The notes under the pieces: model-generated | Databases searched by the model: none | Told to the model about the DNA's origin: nothing | The model's input: only the letters and a program-made list of their open reading frames with translations | NCBI RefSeq assembly: GCF_001194135.2 | Contig: NC_068985.1 | Location: 71,583,825-71,634,486 of the forward strand | Length of the DNA stretch: 50,662 bases | Source of the DNA: Octopus bimaculoides | Taxonomy: Eukaryota | Reading direction: 5' to 3' | Translations under genes and position numbers: made by a program | Part shown: one piece after another, positions 48,857 to 50,662 of the stretch | Layout: every line of letters starts with the position of its first letter | Numbering within the stretch: position 1 is the first letter of the stretch

Positions 48857-49022
48857 TTTCAAGAGAATTCTGTACTAGTTACTTAAGAAGTTAGATTTCA
48901 GTTTACTTGGAAAGAAACAATACAGTTATTAATAAGAAAAGTTGAAATTAATGCATACAAGATTTTACAGCTCTAGTATCACTCCTTCATAGTCAGCCTA
49001 TGAACTTTTCAGCCTACCCTCA
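47935..49022 (-). mobile_element. Mariner transposon 2 (irritans/Himar-Hsmar2-like), 3' end missing
   Basis: 5' TIR TGAGGGTAGGCTGAAAAGTTCATAGGC with TA at 49023-49024; homology stops after SAVDDF near 47935, next to the SINE. Confidence 0.85.
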
Positions 49023-49632
49023 TATGTACATATGCATGTATGTATGTATGTATGTAAATTTATATATGTATACATGTGTGTGTGTGTGTGTGTGTGTGTA
49101 CCTAACTATCTATCTGTCCATACATACATACATACATACATACGGATGAATGGATGGATGGATGGACAGGTGGATAGATAGATAGATAGATATTATTGCT
49201 GTGGAATATATTTAGAGAATGCAAACCCCAAATTTTCACCAAAGCTGCTTCAGTAACAGAAAGGTCAATTTTCTGTTCATTAACCTTTATTAGTTTTCAC
49301 TTAATCATCGGTTTTTGCTGAGAAATAACATCATAGTGCTTATATAATAAATGGTCTTTATATTACACTTGAGTAGGATATTTTATATATTAGTGCTACT
49401 TTGACAGCTGTTGAAAATTTTGTTAACAGAAAATACAAATTGGAAACTAAAAGTTGAGAGTACCTATACATATTCATGTTTAAATCATATATTGACTTCC
49501 TGCAGATTGAGTGTTTAAGAGTATGGTCCATGTAGATGGGAAAATGGCTAAGTACTTGTGGAAGTAATGAAATAATGGAGCTAATAGACATCTACATCTA
49601 TATGCGATAGTGTGTGTGTATGTATATGAATA

Positions 49633-49689
<57 letters not shown>

Positions 49690-49692
<3 letters not shown>

Positions 49693-49918
49693 CGTGTTGT
49701 GGCAGACACCAGTGTCATGCAAATGGCACCTATGCCAGTGGCACATAAAAGCACCCATAACACTCTCAGAGTGGTTGGTGTTAGGAAGGGCATCGAGTTG
49801 TAGAAACCATGCCAAATCAGACTGGAGTCTGGTGCAGCCCCTCAGCTCATCAGACTTGGTCAGACCGTCCAACCCATGCCAGCATGGACAATGGATATTA
49901 AATGATGATGATGATATA
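49690..49918 (+). mobile_element. SINE family D with (GAT)n tail
   Basis: GAGTGGTTGGTGTTAGGAAGGGCATCGAG...CCAACCCATGCCAGCATGGACAATGGATATTAAATGATGATG. Confidence 0.85.
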
Positions 49919-50292
49919 TATATATATATACATATACGTGTGTGTGTGCATGTATATATTTGTATATATGTGCAGATATTTTGAAAATACCTCATGGAGT
50001 GACGACCATCATCTGCATAGTTAGAGTCTAACTTTTGGCAAGGTATAACACCCATTCAGCCACCCTGCCTGGGGTACAGTGAAGACATGGGACTGTGGCA
50101 TTGCAAATAGTGAAGAGGTAGTGAGGAAGAACTCAACTGAGCCAATGATGCTTCTTACATTAAATGTTGAACTGAAGAATCCTAGGTCAATGGTCAGGAT
50201 CACCAAGTTCTGTCAAGAGAGTAACTGCAATGCATTGGTTAATCAACTAATGAGAGATTCACTATGACTTAAGCTCCCAATTCAAATTCATA

Positions 50293-50662
50293 ACGAGAGC
50301 ACTCATAGAGTGCAAATCTCCGCCAAGTCAACACCAACCTCCTCTCAACGATTAGCTAGAGATGATTTTTAAAATGAGAATAACTGAAATAATCTCGAAT
50401 GCTCTCACAAATAAGTATACTAAAAATGAACCCGACCGCTCTCAAAAATTAAGTAAAAAACCAGAAAAATAATCCAGAATTTTTGTCAGGTACCAGATCG
50501 ACCCCAAAATCTAATCAGTTTATGCCAGCCATGTGGCCAAACATCCCTGAAAGTTTCATATAAATCCATCCAGCAGTTCCTGAGATATTTTGTCCATGAA
50601 CAAATAAACTAACAAACAAACAAACATGACTGAAAACAATACGTTCACCTTCACTAAGGCGG
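50293..50662 (+). mobile_element. Probable Helentron-associated non-autonomous element (HINE/DINE-1-like), cut by the window edge
   Basis: Subterminal motif CTCCGCCAAG (50318-50327) has a partial reverse-complement match in CTAAGGCGG at the edge; (AAAC)n microsatellite near the 3' end. Confidence 0.55.

Overview
AT-rich, microsatellite-dense animal DNA from a gapped short-read assembly (13 N-gaps, about 4.2 kb, most flanked by (TA)n/(TG)n/(CT)n). The repeat families look like those of Octopus genomes; this assignment is recognition, not a database result. I recognise no host protein-coding exon. Every long ORF in the track is an N-gap read-through, a microsatellite translation or a decayed transposon. 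The window is mostly mobile-element debris: two dead mariner transposases of different types, mariner/Tc1 and piggyBac-type MITEs, several tRNA-derived SINE families, RTE-like and R4/Dong-like LINE 3' fragments, and a Helentron-type element cut by the right edge. The most striking non-repeat signal is a near-ideal recursive-splicing (ratchet) motif on the + strand at 2839-2878: branch point, 20 uninterrupted pyrimidines, then TAG|GTAAGT. It suggests the window lies in a very long + strand intron that may be removed stepwise. Other points of interest are closely spaced inverted SINE pairs (possible ADAR substrates), SINEs that target (TAA)n and build arrays, modular SINE architecture and clear nested insertions. 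Repeat boundaries were read by eye and are approximate (about +/-10-20 nt) unless a TSD or TIR is quoted. The SINE family labels A-F are my own.
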